Virus record (IMG/VR): IMGVR_UViG_3300037722_000889
Coordinates: 14,683-78,682 of that record
Strand: one strand, 5' to 3'
From: a virus
Lineage: Duplodnaviria; Caudoviricetes
DNA: 64,000 nucleotides
A model generated the notes under the pieces. The model did not search any database, was not told where the DNA came from, and saw only the letters and a program-made list of their open reading frames with translations. This document shows positions 17,323 through 24,876 of the stretch, in pieces. Both the position numbers and the translations under genes were made by a program. Numbering within the stretch: the first letter of the stretch is position 1; each line of letters opens with the position of its first letter.

Positions 17323-17666
17323 GCTGATTCCTCCTGTTCAACCCACACATACAGGACGGTACCGGGCGACGGATTGTCGAATGCGTCGCGCACATCCTCC
17401 ATAATGTACGTGCCGCCGCGAAGGCCCCTTCCCTCTACATACTCTCCATAGAAGTCCATCTTCACAGTGACGTGCTTCCGGCCGTCGGCAGGTTTGCGGC
17501 TGGACACTGTGACCAGTAGTGTCTTATCCGTATCCAAGTCCGGAAACAGGCTGTTCATAATGCCTCCGCACAAGTACCCGCCATGGCCTGGTAGATTCCA
17601 CCGAGGCCCGTTAAACCCTCCCTCTCGGTACACAAATTCCACTGTCTTTTCCACTATCTCTTTCAT
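17319..17666 (-). CDS. hypothetical protein, paralog of 16978-17322
   Basis: Shared motifs with its neighbour; ATGA coupling. Confidence 0.7.
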   Translation of the reverse strand: MKEIVEKTVEFVYREGGFNGPRWNLPGHGGYLCGGIMNSLFPDLDTDKTLLVTVSSRKPADGRKHVTVKMDFYGEYVEGRGLRGGTYIMEDVRDAFDNPSPGTVLYVWVEQEESA

Positions 17667-18250
17667 GCCGATTCCCTCATCTGCCAAAGTTGGTCGTCTC
17701 CAACGGCATTCTTACCCTCCAGGGTAATCGCGCCGGCCTTGTTCAGCAGGCCCTTCTGGATCAGGGCCGCCTTCACCGCTTCCCACCGTTCCGACGTGAT
17801 GCCGGTGTACCGGTGCGCCTCCCGATAGCGGATGTTCTTCTCGCCGCCATAGGAATTCTTGTGACTGCGGGTCGCGATCAGGACAATGCGCTCGTCCCGG
17901 GTCAGCTCCACCGGCGCAGGCAGGGCGGCTGCCAGGTCTCCGGGCAGGGCATGGGCCTTCAGGTATTGCCGATCGGACACCTGCTGCATCTCGACGATGA
18001 CCACGCCAGGACGCAACGGCACATCCACGTGCTCTTCCGGCTTGAACGGATTGGCCGTGTCAGGGTGAGCCTCGGTGACCTTGCCAGTGGCAAGCTCGAC
18101 GGCCTTGTACCAGGACCGGGAACCGCCGGACCAGAAGTTGTTGAGATGAACAGAGCTGGCGGTAATGAGCTGCACCTGCTTGCCCGAGTAGGCAAAGCAG
18201 CGATGGATGCACTCCGGCAGGTCTTGCGGCTTGATGTAGGTGGTTTGCAT
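17663..18250 (-). CDS. hypothetical protein (195 aa)
   Basis: Extended SD before ATG 18250; contains FWSGGSRSWY. Confidence 0.7.
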   Translation of the reverse strand: MQTTYIKPQDLPECIHRCFAYSGKQVQLITASSVHLNNFWSGGSRSWYKAVELATGKVTEAHPDTANPFKPEEHVDVPLRPGVVIVEMQQVSDRQYLKAHALPGDLAAALPAPVELTRDERIVLIATRSHKNSYGGEKNIRYREAHRYTGITSERWEAVKAALIQKGLLNKAGAITLEGKNAVGDDQLWQMRESA

Positions 18251-18296
18251 TGTCTTCTCCTCATTGAGAAAGGTTGGGAATCCTGACATGTCAGGA

Positions 18297-18791
18297 TCAG
18301 GCAGGGGTGGCTTCCTTCAGCACCTTCTCGATGTGGCTCCAGATAGGATGCCGGCAGATGAACTTCCATTGCCCGCTTTCCAGCAGGTGAAGACTGAAAT
18401 AGGACTGGCCTGCTGTCATCTCGATCTTCCACAAGTTGCTGCTGCCTTCTACGGTAGCGATCCAAGCCAGGTTGTTGCCGACCGTAGGGATAGTCTGCGT
18501 GGTGATCTTGCGAGGTGGCGCTGTCGGCGGCCCGTCAATGTACTCAAGAGTGGTGCGGATACTTACGGCGAGCGAAGACTCGTCCTGCCCGTTCTCCTCC
18601 AGCTCGTCCAGCAGCCGCTGCGCCAATGCGTACAGCTCCGGTGCCATGCGCATCAGCCTTCCATTCGCCTCGGCTTCCTGCAGGCCGATGGATCGGCTAC
18701 ATTCGCGACCGGCGCTGTAGTACAGGTAATCCTCGTCGTCATCTTGGACCGGCCCGAAATCGGCCCAAGGGCCTTGGGTAAATTTTGCCAT
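18297..18791 (-). CDS. phage protein with 'TxGPW...ANARLI.AAPEL'-type motif
   Basis: MAKFTQGPW...EAEANGRLMRMAPELY; bounded by P elements at 18283 and 18815. Confidence 0.7.
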   Translation of the reverse strand: MAKFTQGPWADFGPVQDDDEDYLYYSAGRECSRSIGLQEAEANGRLMRMAPELYALAQRLLDELEENGQDESSLAVSIRTTLEYIDGPPTAPPRKITTQTIPTVGNNLAWIATVEGSSNLWKIEMTAGQSYFSLHLLESGQWKFICRHPIWSHIEKVLKEATPA

Positions 18792-18846
18792 GCTCTTCTC
18801 CTCAGTGAGAAACTCTGACATGTCAGAGTTTGTGATGGTCTAGGTT

Positions 18847-19032
18847 CTAGACCTCGACGTTGCGCCGCCGGATACGGTCAAGCAACTGGGCGCAGGTAAG
18901 GTCGTTCTCTTCTATCTCGTCCACCAGCTCTGGGCAGTCGAACATGGCGTCATACGCTTCCTCCGTCTTCCCGTGCCGGTGCAGGTTGAGGATCATCCGC
19001 TCAACCACGGGCTGTGGATACCTCTCGCTCAT
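18847..19032 (-). CDS. hypothetical protein (61 aa)
   Basis: Stop lies inside the X element at 18839. Confidence 0.55.
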   Translation of the reverse strand: MSERYPQPVVERMILNLHRHGKTEEAYDAMFDCPELVDEIEENDLTCAQLLDRIRRRNVEV

Positions 19033-19412
19033 GTTGGTTTCCTCGCTTCAAAATGCACACAGCCATACTCCGCCCCGAAATAGACCGCGCCATCGTGCCC
19101 GCACTCAATCCCACACTCGTCAGGCTTCATGCCGCGGGCATCAAACGGCGCCTTGTGGCAGGGATAGGCAAGGTGGACTGCGTGGTACGGCAGACCTGGC
19201 ACTTCGTTGGAGTAGGCCTTCCCCTCCCTTTCCCAGTGCTGGCAATCCTTGCAGGTGCCGATGAGGGTGGTGACTCGGCCTTGCAGGAAGCCACGGAACA
19301 GTCGCAGCTCGCGGGCCGCGCTGGCCGCATTAGTGCTGTAGTCCTCCACCTTCTGCTCGTTATCACACGTCCCCAGGTACTCCCGCATTGCCTGTTCCAG
19401 GTTCATGGCCAC
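19029..19412 (-). CDS. hypothetical Cys-containing protein (127 aa)
   Basis: CKDCQHW...FGAEYGCVHF. Confidence 0.6.
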   Translation of the reverse strand: MAMNLEQAMREYLGTCDNEQKVEDYSTNAASAARELRLFRGFLQGRVTTLIGTCKDCQHWEREGKAYSNEVPGLPYHAVHLAYPCHKAPFDARGMKPDECGIECGHDGAVYFGAEYGCVHFEARKPT

Positions 19413-19642
19413 GCCTCCTCCACGACCATCTGCACCCTGTCGGGCGGGTCAGGCAGTAATATCTGCAACTCGGTACCACAGCCCCCGCACTCTGCCCCCT
19501 TTCCGTCCAGGTGGCTCGCCAGTTCAGGCGGCACACTCGCGGCCAGGTAGCTATTCCACTGACCGTCGCGCTCAATCGACTGAAACACTACATCTCTACC
19601 GCACTTCGGGCAGGGCGCTATTACTTTATCGTGTATGCTCAT
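19403..19642 (-). CDS. zinc-ribbon protein (79 aa)
   Basis: CPKC...CGGC pair. Confidence 0.6.
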   Translation of the reverse strand: MSIHDKVIAPCPKCGRDVVFQSIERDGQWNSYLAASVPPELASHLDGKGAECGGCGTELQILLPDPPDRVQMVVEEAWP

Positions 19643-19644
19643 GG

Positions 19645-19851
19645 CTATGTCTCCTGCACGTCGTCAACACTCCACTGACCATCACGCACGGAGTAGCCAA
19701 ACTCCTCACACGCATCCTCCGAAGCCTCCACCTTTCGCTGGGCTTCTTCCGCACTCTCCGCCTCCACCAGATGCATCAGGGTGCGGTTGTCGGTAACGTA
19801 CACTCGAAAGGTTTTCAGTCTGAGTTCTTTATTCACGGTGCTTCTCCTCAC
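19645..19851 (-). CDS. hypothetical protein (likely GTG start at 19836)
   Basis: GAGGAG SD at 19844-19849 just downstream of the X+P composite. Confidence 0.55.
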   Translation of the reverse strand: MRRSTVNKELRLKTFRVYVTDNRTLMHLVEAESAEEAQRKVEASEDACEEFGYSVRDGQWSVDDVQET

Positions 19852-19881
19852 TCTAGATTCTAGAATCCTGACATGTCAGGA

Positions 19882-20322
19882 TTACCAATCAAATATCGGG
19901 AACAGGTTCTTGTACAGCTCTGCGTCCCGGTCGAACATGACGTAGCGGTGGCCCTTCTTACGCGCCCAGGCCAGGATGTCGTCCAGGTACGGGCAGCCCA
20001 TGCTCTCTCCCCTGCGCATGGCGTTGGGGTCGGTGTAGGTCAGCCAACCATATTCACCCAGACTATAACTGATGCAATTATCCAGGCTGCCTTCATCCAA
20101 CTTCTCCGCCGTTTCCTTCGGCACGTGGCCGGTAGACAGGATCGGGCAGGTGAAGGTCTCGACTTGGGTCTCTGCACGTGCCAGTTGCATTCGCAATGCT
20201 TCACACTCTTCGCGCAGAGTGAGGAAGGTCTTGACTCCGGCTTCCTGTTTCAGCTGTGCCATCTCTTCCCGCAAGGCTTCACACTCCTCGCGCCAGGCGC
20301 GGTTCGACTTGACTTCTGCCAT
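19882..20322 (-). CDS. hypothetical protein (146 aa; N-terminal coiled coil)
   Basis: Bounded on both sides by X+P composites; C-terminal YVMFDRDA motif. Confidence 0.7.
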   Translation of the reverse strand: MAEVKSNRAWREECEALREEMAQLKQEAGVKTFLTLREECEALRMQLARAETQVETFTCPILSTGHVPKETAEKLDEGSLDNCISYSLGEYGWLTYTDPNAMRRGESMGCPYLDDILAWARKKGHRYVMFDRDAELYKNLFPIFDW

Positions 20323-20361
20323 GATTTTTCTCCTTACTCTAGGTTTTAGAATCCTGACATG

Positions 20362-20763
20362 TCAGGATTGCTCGCTCTCCGCCACTGCTCGGCGCATGAT
20401 CCAGTGTGCCTGATCCAACAGGGCCAGGGCTTGCGTGGTCAGCGCGCATGGTATGGGCGGCAGGTCTGGCCTGGCTTCATCCGTCTCCAGTTGGTAATGC
20501 AGCTTTTCAATTTGCTGCGCCTCTTCCAACAGCCACAGGTTGGCAGGTGGTCGATCCCGCTCGTACTCCTTGCGTGCATCTTCCAGCCACTGCACCGCTT
20601 CAAGCAGGGAGGAGCGCGTGGCAAAGCCTTCTTCCCTGCCGTCCTCGTGCTTCAGCATGATCTCGAATGCATTCCAGGTGAGTCGCTCGATGACCCACAC
20701 CTGTGGACCGATTAGATACTGCCAACAGTGAGGGCCAACTATGGTAAGAGTGTTGGCGCGCAT
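20362..20763 (-). CDS. hypothetical protein (133 aa)
   Basis: Uses the TGA inside the P palindrome (20362-20364) as its stop. Confidence 0.6.
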   Translation of the reverse strand: MRANTLTIVGPHCWQYLIGPQVWVIERLTWNAFEIMLKHEDGREEGFATRSSLLEAVQWLEDARKEYERDRPPANLWLLEEAQQIEKLHYQLETDEARPDLPPIPCALTTQALALLDQAHWIMRRAVAESEQS

Positions 20764-21089
20764 GGTGCTTCTCCTTCCGGCAGGAGTGACTCCAGGAACT
20801 CACGCTCCTGACGGGCGAGGTCGGCGAGTTCATCGGTCCAGGCGATGTGCAGCCACACGTCGTGCGCTTCCATGTACTTCCCTATCTCCCCATCAAACAG
20901 ATCGTACGGAGTGCTGCCGCACCCTCGCACGCCGGTGGCCTCCCGCACAGGGCAGCCGCTACAGTCTTTAACGAAGAACAACTTGCACAGTGGACAGTTT
21001 GCCGTGCCCAGGTCCCGCCCGTCATGACACTCAATTTCCTTCCACTTCTCGATACTGCCGCGCAGGGCGGCCAGAGTTTGTTCATCCAT
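20739..21089 (-). CDS. Cys-rich putative zinc-binding protein (116 aa)
   Basis: GSIEKW...CPLC...CSGCPV...GCG; extended SD upstream. Confidence 0.7.
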   Translation of the reverse strand: MDEQTLAALRGSIEKWKEIECHDGRDLGTANCPLCKLFFVKDCSGCPVREATGVRGCGSTPYDLFDGEIGKYMEAHDVWLHIAWTDELADLARQEREFLESLLPEGEAPCAPTLLP

Positions 21090-21250
21090 ATCGTTTCTCC
21101 TCATTGAGAAACTCTGACATGTCAGAGTTTCAGGCGTTGATCCAGTGCCGTTGGAAGCGGCGGATATACCGCTTCTGCTGCGGCCAGGGGACCGGCAGGA
21201 GGGTGCAGAGGGCGCACTGGTTCCTGCCGGTGGTAATGAACCGCAGCGGG

Positions 21251-21448
21251 TTACAGGGCATACCGGGTAGCCTGGACATGAATGTGGCGCTTGGGCAGGC
21301 GGTGGCGTGCATCAGCCACAGCTTCCAGAAGCTCCGCACGGGCCTCCTGAGCGGCGATCAGGTTCTCGCGGGTGGCGCAGTCACGCAGGCGCTTGCAGGC
21401 CTGGCGGTAGGCGAGGCGCAGGCAGGTGAGGGTGTAGAGGTTCTTCAT
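21251..21448 (-). CDS. hypothetical protein (65 aa)
   Basis: AGGAG SD before ATG 21448. Confidence 0.5.
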   Translation of the reverse strand: MKNLYTLTCLRLAYRQACKRLRDCATRENLIAAQEARAELLEAVADARHRLPKRHIHVQATRYAL

Positions 21449-21552
21449 GGCTTTCTCCTTCATTGGAAATGCACCACTGGGATTCCCCTGGCCTCAATGC
21501 AAGGGGGAGTGGTGCTGGTTTGGGTGTAACGTATATCAGTTCGAGGGTATAT

Positions 21553-21798
21553 TCAAGCGGCCTCGGCCTGGGCGTTCGTCCGGGCCAGCTCCCGGCGCAG
21601 GTAGGCCTGGGTGACCGCGGAGTCGCTCAGGTCCGTCGCTTCCTGGCAGGCATAGCCGGCCAGGTAGATGTTGATGCCCCTTACCTTCTGGGCAGTCTCA
21701 TTCCACGCCTCTGGCGTGTCGCAGCCTTCGTTGCAGTCCCACAGGAAGATGAGGGTCTGCTCCAGGTTGTCGAGTTCGGCTTTATCTTCAGGGGTCAT
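21553..21798 (-). CDS. hypothetical protein (81 aa)
   Basis: AGGAG SD upstream. Confidence 0.6.
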   Translation of the reverse strand: MTPEDKAELDNLEQTLIFLWDCNEGCDTPEAWNETAQKVRGINIYLAGYACQEATDLSDSAVTQAYLRRELARTNAQAEAA

Positions 21799-21882
21799 GA
21801 TGGTCTCCTTCATTGGAAAGGTCGGATCGTCCGACAGGTTGATCCCGATATGTCGGAAGGGTGGATCCTGACATGTCAGGAT

Positions 21883-22188
21883 CTAGGTTCTAGACTCGCT
21901 GGCCTCCTTTACTGCGCCTACGAAGGCGGCAACATGCTGGGGCAGGTCCACCGGCTTTCCGGACAGTGCGGCTTCTTCGAATCCGCCGGCAACCTCCAAG
22001 GCGTCCAGTATCCCCATGGGCTCCCCGGTCACCTGGTAGTACAGCGCGCTCAGGGCCATGCCGGCGCATTCCAAGGCCCCTTGCGCGTACAGGTTCTGGC
22101 CGTCGTCCTCCCCCTCGATTCGGTCCATCGCGGCGCCGAGGATGATTCCAGTTACGAATGCAAGCTGCTCGTGGCTCATTGGGTGCAT
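21883..22188 (-). CDS. hypothetical protein (101 aa)
   Basis: Bounded on both sides by P+X composites. Confidence 0.65.
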   Translation of the reverse strand: MHPMSHEQLAFVTGIILGAAMDRIEGEDDGQNLYAQGALECAGMALSALYYQVTGEPMGILDALEVAGGFEEAALSGKPVDLPQHVAAFVGAVKEASESRT

Positions 22189-22288
22189 AGTGCTCTCCTT
22201 GGTTGGGATCCTGACATGTCAGGATCTAGGTTCTAGGGCTGCCGGCCTTCATAGGGGAGGGCGGCGGGGCCGGCTTGCCGCGTGGCCG

Positions 22289-22320
22289 GTTGCGTGACTT
22301 GTTGCGTGACTTGTTGCGTG
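22289..22320. repeat. tandem 12-bp direct repeat GTTGCGTGACTT (2.7 copies)
   Basis: Read directly at 22289-22320. Confidence 0.9.
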
Positions 22321-22489
22321 TCGATGCCAGCGGTGGTTTACAACTGGCTAAAAAAGCAACAGTGAAAATTATTTGTCCTAGCTAATATTGGCTAGACTCA
22401 GTCTAAACCGGAGCCTGATTTTGCCTGGCTTTTTGGCAGGTGAGGCTCCTCGGCCTGAAGTGTATTAGAGTTTCTGCATACTGGCACTA

Positions 22490-23043
22490 ATATTATTAGG
22501 AGCTTCTAATAATTTTCGGAAAAAACGTGTGTAATGCCTTATTTTAAGGGGTGAGAGGCACGTGGATTCCGTCCGTGGAGCGGCGTGTAATCGTGTAATG
22601 AAGGGAGGGTGGCGGTGGTGGAACCCAAGCAGGGCCTGGCTTTACACCGATTACACGAGTTACACAGTGAAAGTGAACAAAAAGTTTCTCTGCCTCACCC
22701 AGTTTAGGCCCCACCCCAGTTTCAGGAAGAAAATTTCCCGAAATCGTGAATTTTTGGGGTTCACCATAAAATTTTAGTGGACTGCACTTTGCAAAGTTGT
22801 GAAGCGTTTTCAATCTTGCTTGGGTATAAAACGGGTAGGGGGTCAAAACTTTTTATTCACTTTCACTGTGTAACTCGTGTAACTGGTGTAAAGCTTTACC
22901 CTGCCTGGGTTTCACCACCGCCATCCTGCCTTCATTACACCATTACACCCTCATTTCCCAACCAAATCCACCTGCATCTCGCCCCTTAAAATAAGCTATT
23001 ACACACGTTTTTTCCGAAAATTATTAGAATCTCCTAATAATAT
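22490..23043. repeat. long imperfect inverted repeat, ~198-bp arms (22490-22687 / 22846-23043) with a ~158-bp spacer
   Basis: For example TTATTAGGAGCTTCTAATAATTTTCGGAAAAAACGTGTGTAAT pairs with ATTACACACGTTTTTTCCGAAAATTATTAGAATCTCCTAATAA, and TTACACGAGTTACACAGTGAAAGTGAA pairs with TTCACTTTCACTGTGTAACTCGTGTAA. Confidence 0.93.
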
Positions 23044-23130
23044 ACGTACGCGTATATATTAGCCCTTCATCATATTCGACCGTCAAAACGGCCTGGACCT
23101 CCCGATCGGCGCCTGCCCTTCAAAAATCGC

Positions 23131-23178
23131 TTGACAGGCCCGGAAATTCGACGTAACCTGCGGTAGCAGGTTACGTCG
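23131..23178 (+). promoter_or_regulatory. sigma70-type promoter with overlapping palindromic operator
   Basis: TTGACA(23131)-N17-TAACCT(23154); perfect inverted repeat CGACGTAACCTGC-ggta-GCAGGTTACGTCG at 23149-23178. Confidence 0.7.
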
Positions 23179-23243
23179 GGGAAAATGGAGAACAACAGGA
23201 GAACACGGGGTTAAACCCGGTATCTCAAATACTGGTTTACATC

Positions 23244-23289
23244 TTGACTTTCGCCCAGAGGGCGAGTAACCTCGGCCCGAGGTTACTCG
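23244..23289 (+). promoter_or_regulatory. second sigma70-type promoter with the same operator architecture
   Basis: TTGACT(23244)-N17-TAACCT(23267); perfect inverted repeat CGAGTAACCTCG-gcc-CGAGGTTACTCG at 23263-23289. Confidence 0.7.
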
Positions 23290-23303
23290 TTCACCACTGG
23301 ATT

Positions 23304-23630
23304 TCAAAAATTGCTGGCCTTCATTCGGTTCAGCAGCTCCCGCCACCGGTTGTACCCCTTCACTTCCCGCCGCGCCACCCTGAACATCCGAGCGTGCTGC
23401 GGGCTGCACGGGTAGGTCAGGTGCACGTCGATGCAGGTCAAGATCGCGACCTTGTCCGTGATCCCCATCCGCAGTGCCAGCAGCTGCCGGTCGATCCAGT
23501 CGCCATCGGCGACCAGGTGCGGCGTGAGGAAGCACTCGCCACCGGCAGGGGAGGGCGGGTATTCAGTGGCCAGACGGACGGCCATGGCGTGATACGTTGA
23601 CATTGGGATTGCTCCAGTGTGGGAAGGCAT
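23304..23630 (-). CDS. hypothetical protein (~100 aa)
   Basis: Only plausible ORF in this interval; weak SD. Confidence 0.45.
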   Translation of the reverse strand: MPSHTGAIPMSTYHAMAVRLATEYPPSPAGGECFLTPHLVADGDWIDRQLLALRMGITDKVAILTCIDVHLTYPCSPQHARMFRVARREVKGYNRWRELLNRMKASNF

Positions 23631-24804
23631 TTCTGCCAGCCTTCCGTTCGTTTTTGCCAGCCTTCCGTTCGTTTCGGCGGCCAGCGCCTGTGACTCCCAG
23701 ATGCCGCCTCACCACCGATGCCCACAGCGCCCCTGGCCGGCGGTGCCGGCTTTTCAAGGGGAGTGGGTAGGGCAGTGGTGAAGCGACATGAGGCAGTGCC
23801 CAGGGCTTGGGTCTGCGTGAATGCGTCGAACCTGCAACTCACCACCGATCCTGACATGTCAGGATCGACCAGGTGCCGCGGATGGCACGCGCCGGGGTCG
23901 AAGTCCGGCTCCGCCCGTACGTCGGTGAGAGGTACGGTGGTGAGGTCCCTGCAGGGGACAATATGATTGGTCTCCCGGTATATTGTTGACCGGGTACCAC
24001 GCGGTTATCCAAGCGCATGGGCTCGCCATGCTAGTAGGCATTTTCGGTGGACCGCTCCACCGTCAGGGCATCCTAGTGTCTCGCACGCCGTGGTCACCAC
24101 GTGAAGGGAAAAATTCAGTGGCGACGGTAGGCGATTCAGATGCGTAGCATGCAGGAGGACGCACCGCCCCTTTCGAGGGGTGTGGCCTATGTGAGTATAA
24201 GCTGGCATGGGGTGCCCAGCGACGGTGGCCCGATTCTGTGCTCGCCGTTCGACGAGTCTCGGTTTCGGATCGCTACTCTCCTGCTATTACCTGACCACCG
24301 GTTTTATTGGTACCAGGAAACCGGCAAAGGAACTGGAGTCTTGACGGCGCTCCACTCTGGTCAAGTGGTCCCGGGGTATCATTCCGGCCACTTTTCCGCA
24401 TTACCTCCCGTCGATATGGGACGGGTACCGGCTACCGCGTGCCACGGTGCCCGAAGGGCCACAACCCTTCGCTTCCTTGACTTCCCTTTGTAGTCCGCAC
24501 CAGATGGACGGCTCCTGCCTGCACGCCCCCACGTCGATGCTACCGTGACCACGTGTCCATCTGAAAACCTGTATGCCAGCGCCCAGCGCCAGGCCCGGGC
24601 CAGTGGCCGATCCTGACATGTCAGGATCACCGCTGGCCGAGAAATTGTGCCCGCGCACCAGGCAAAACCCTGGCGCCGGGGAAAACGCCCACGCGCCCGG
24701 GAAAAGCCCGGCGCGCGGGAAATCACCACCGGCCAGCCGGCGGGAGACTGAATCCTGACATGTCAGGATCGCCCTTTTGTGTGCGCACGCACGCACGCGC
24801 ACAC

Positions 24805-24833
24805 AAAAAGGCCCGCCCGGCAAGCCGGGCAGG
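24805..24833 (-). terminator. putative intrinsic terminator downstream of the 24877-25605 gene
   Basis: Minus strand CCTGCCCGG-cttg-CCGGGCGGG followed by CCTTTTT. Confidence 0.6.
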
Positions 24834-24876
24834 ATGAATAGGGGAAGCCCGCCGGGAGTGCCGGCGGGCTATGGGG

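Larger units (their letters stand above)
8154..22237. repeat. dispersed intergenic palindrome family X, TCTAG-N3-CTAGA (10 copies)
   Basis: 13-mers start at 8156, 12412, 13553, 15281, 15959, 18839, 19852, 20338, 21882, 22225; often extended (GGTCTAGAATCTAGACC; GGCGG...CCGCC at 13548-13570); 6 of 10 lie next to a family-P copy. Confidence 0.92.

Noticed and set aside
22490-23043. N15-type protelomerase (telRL) site
   Set aside because: telRL is a short uninterrupted palindrome; this repeat has a 158-bp spacer and mismatched arms, and no protelomerase is seen.
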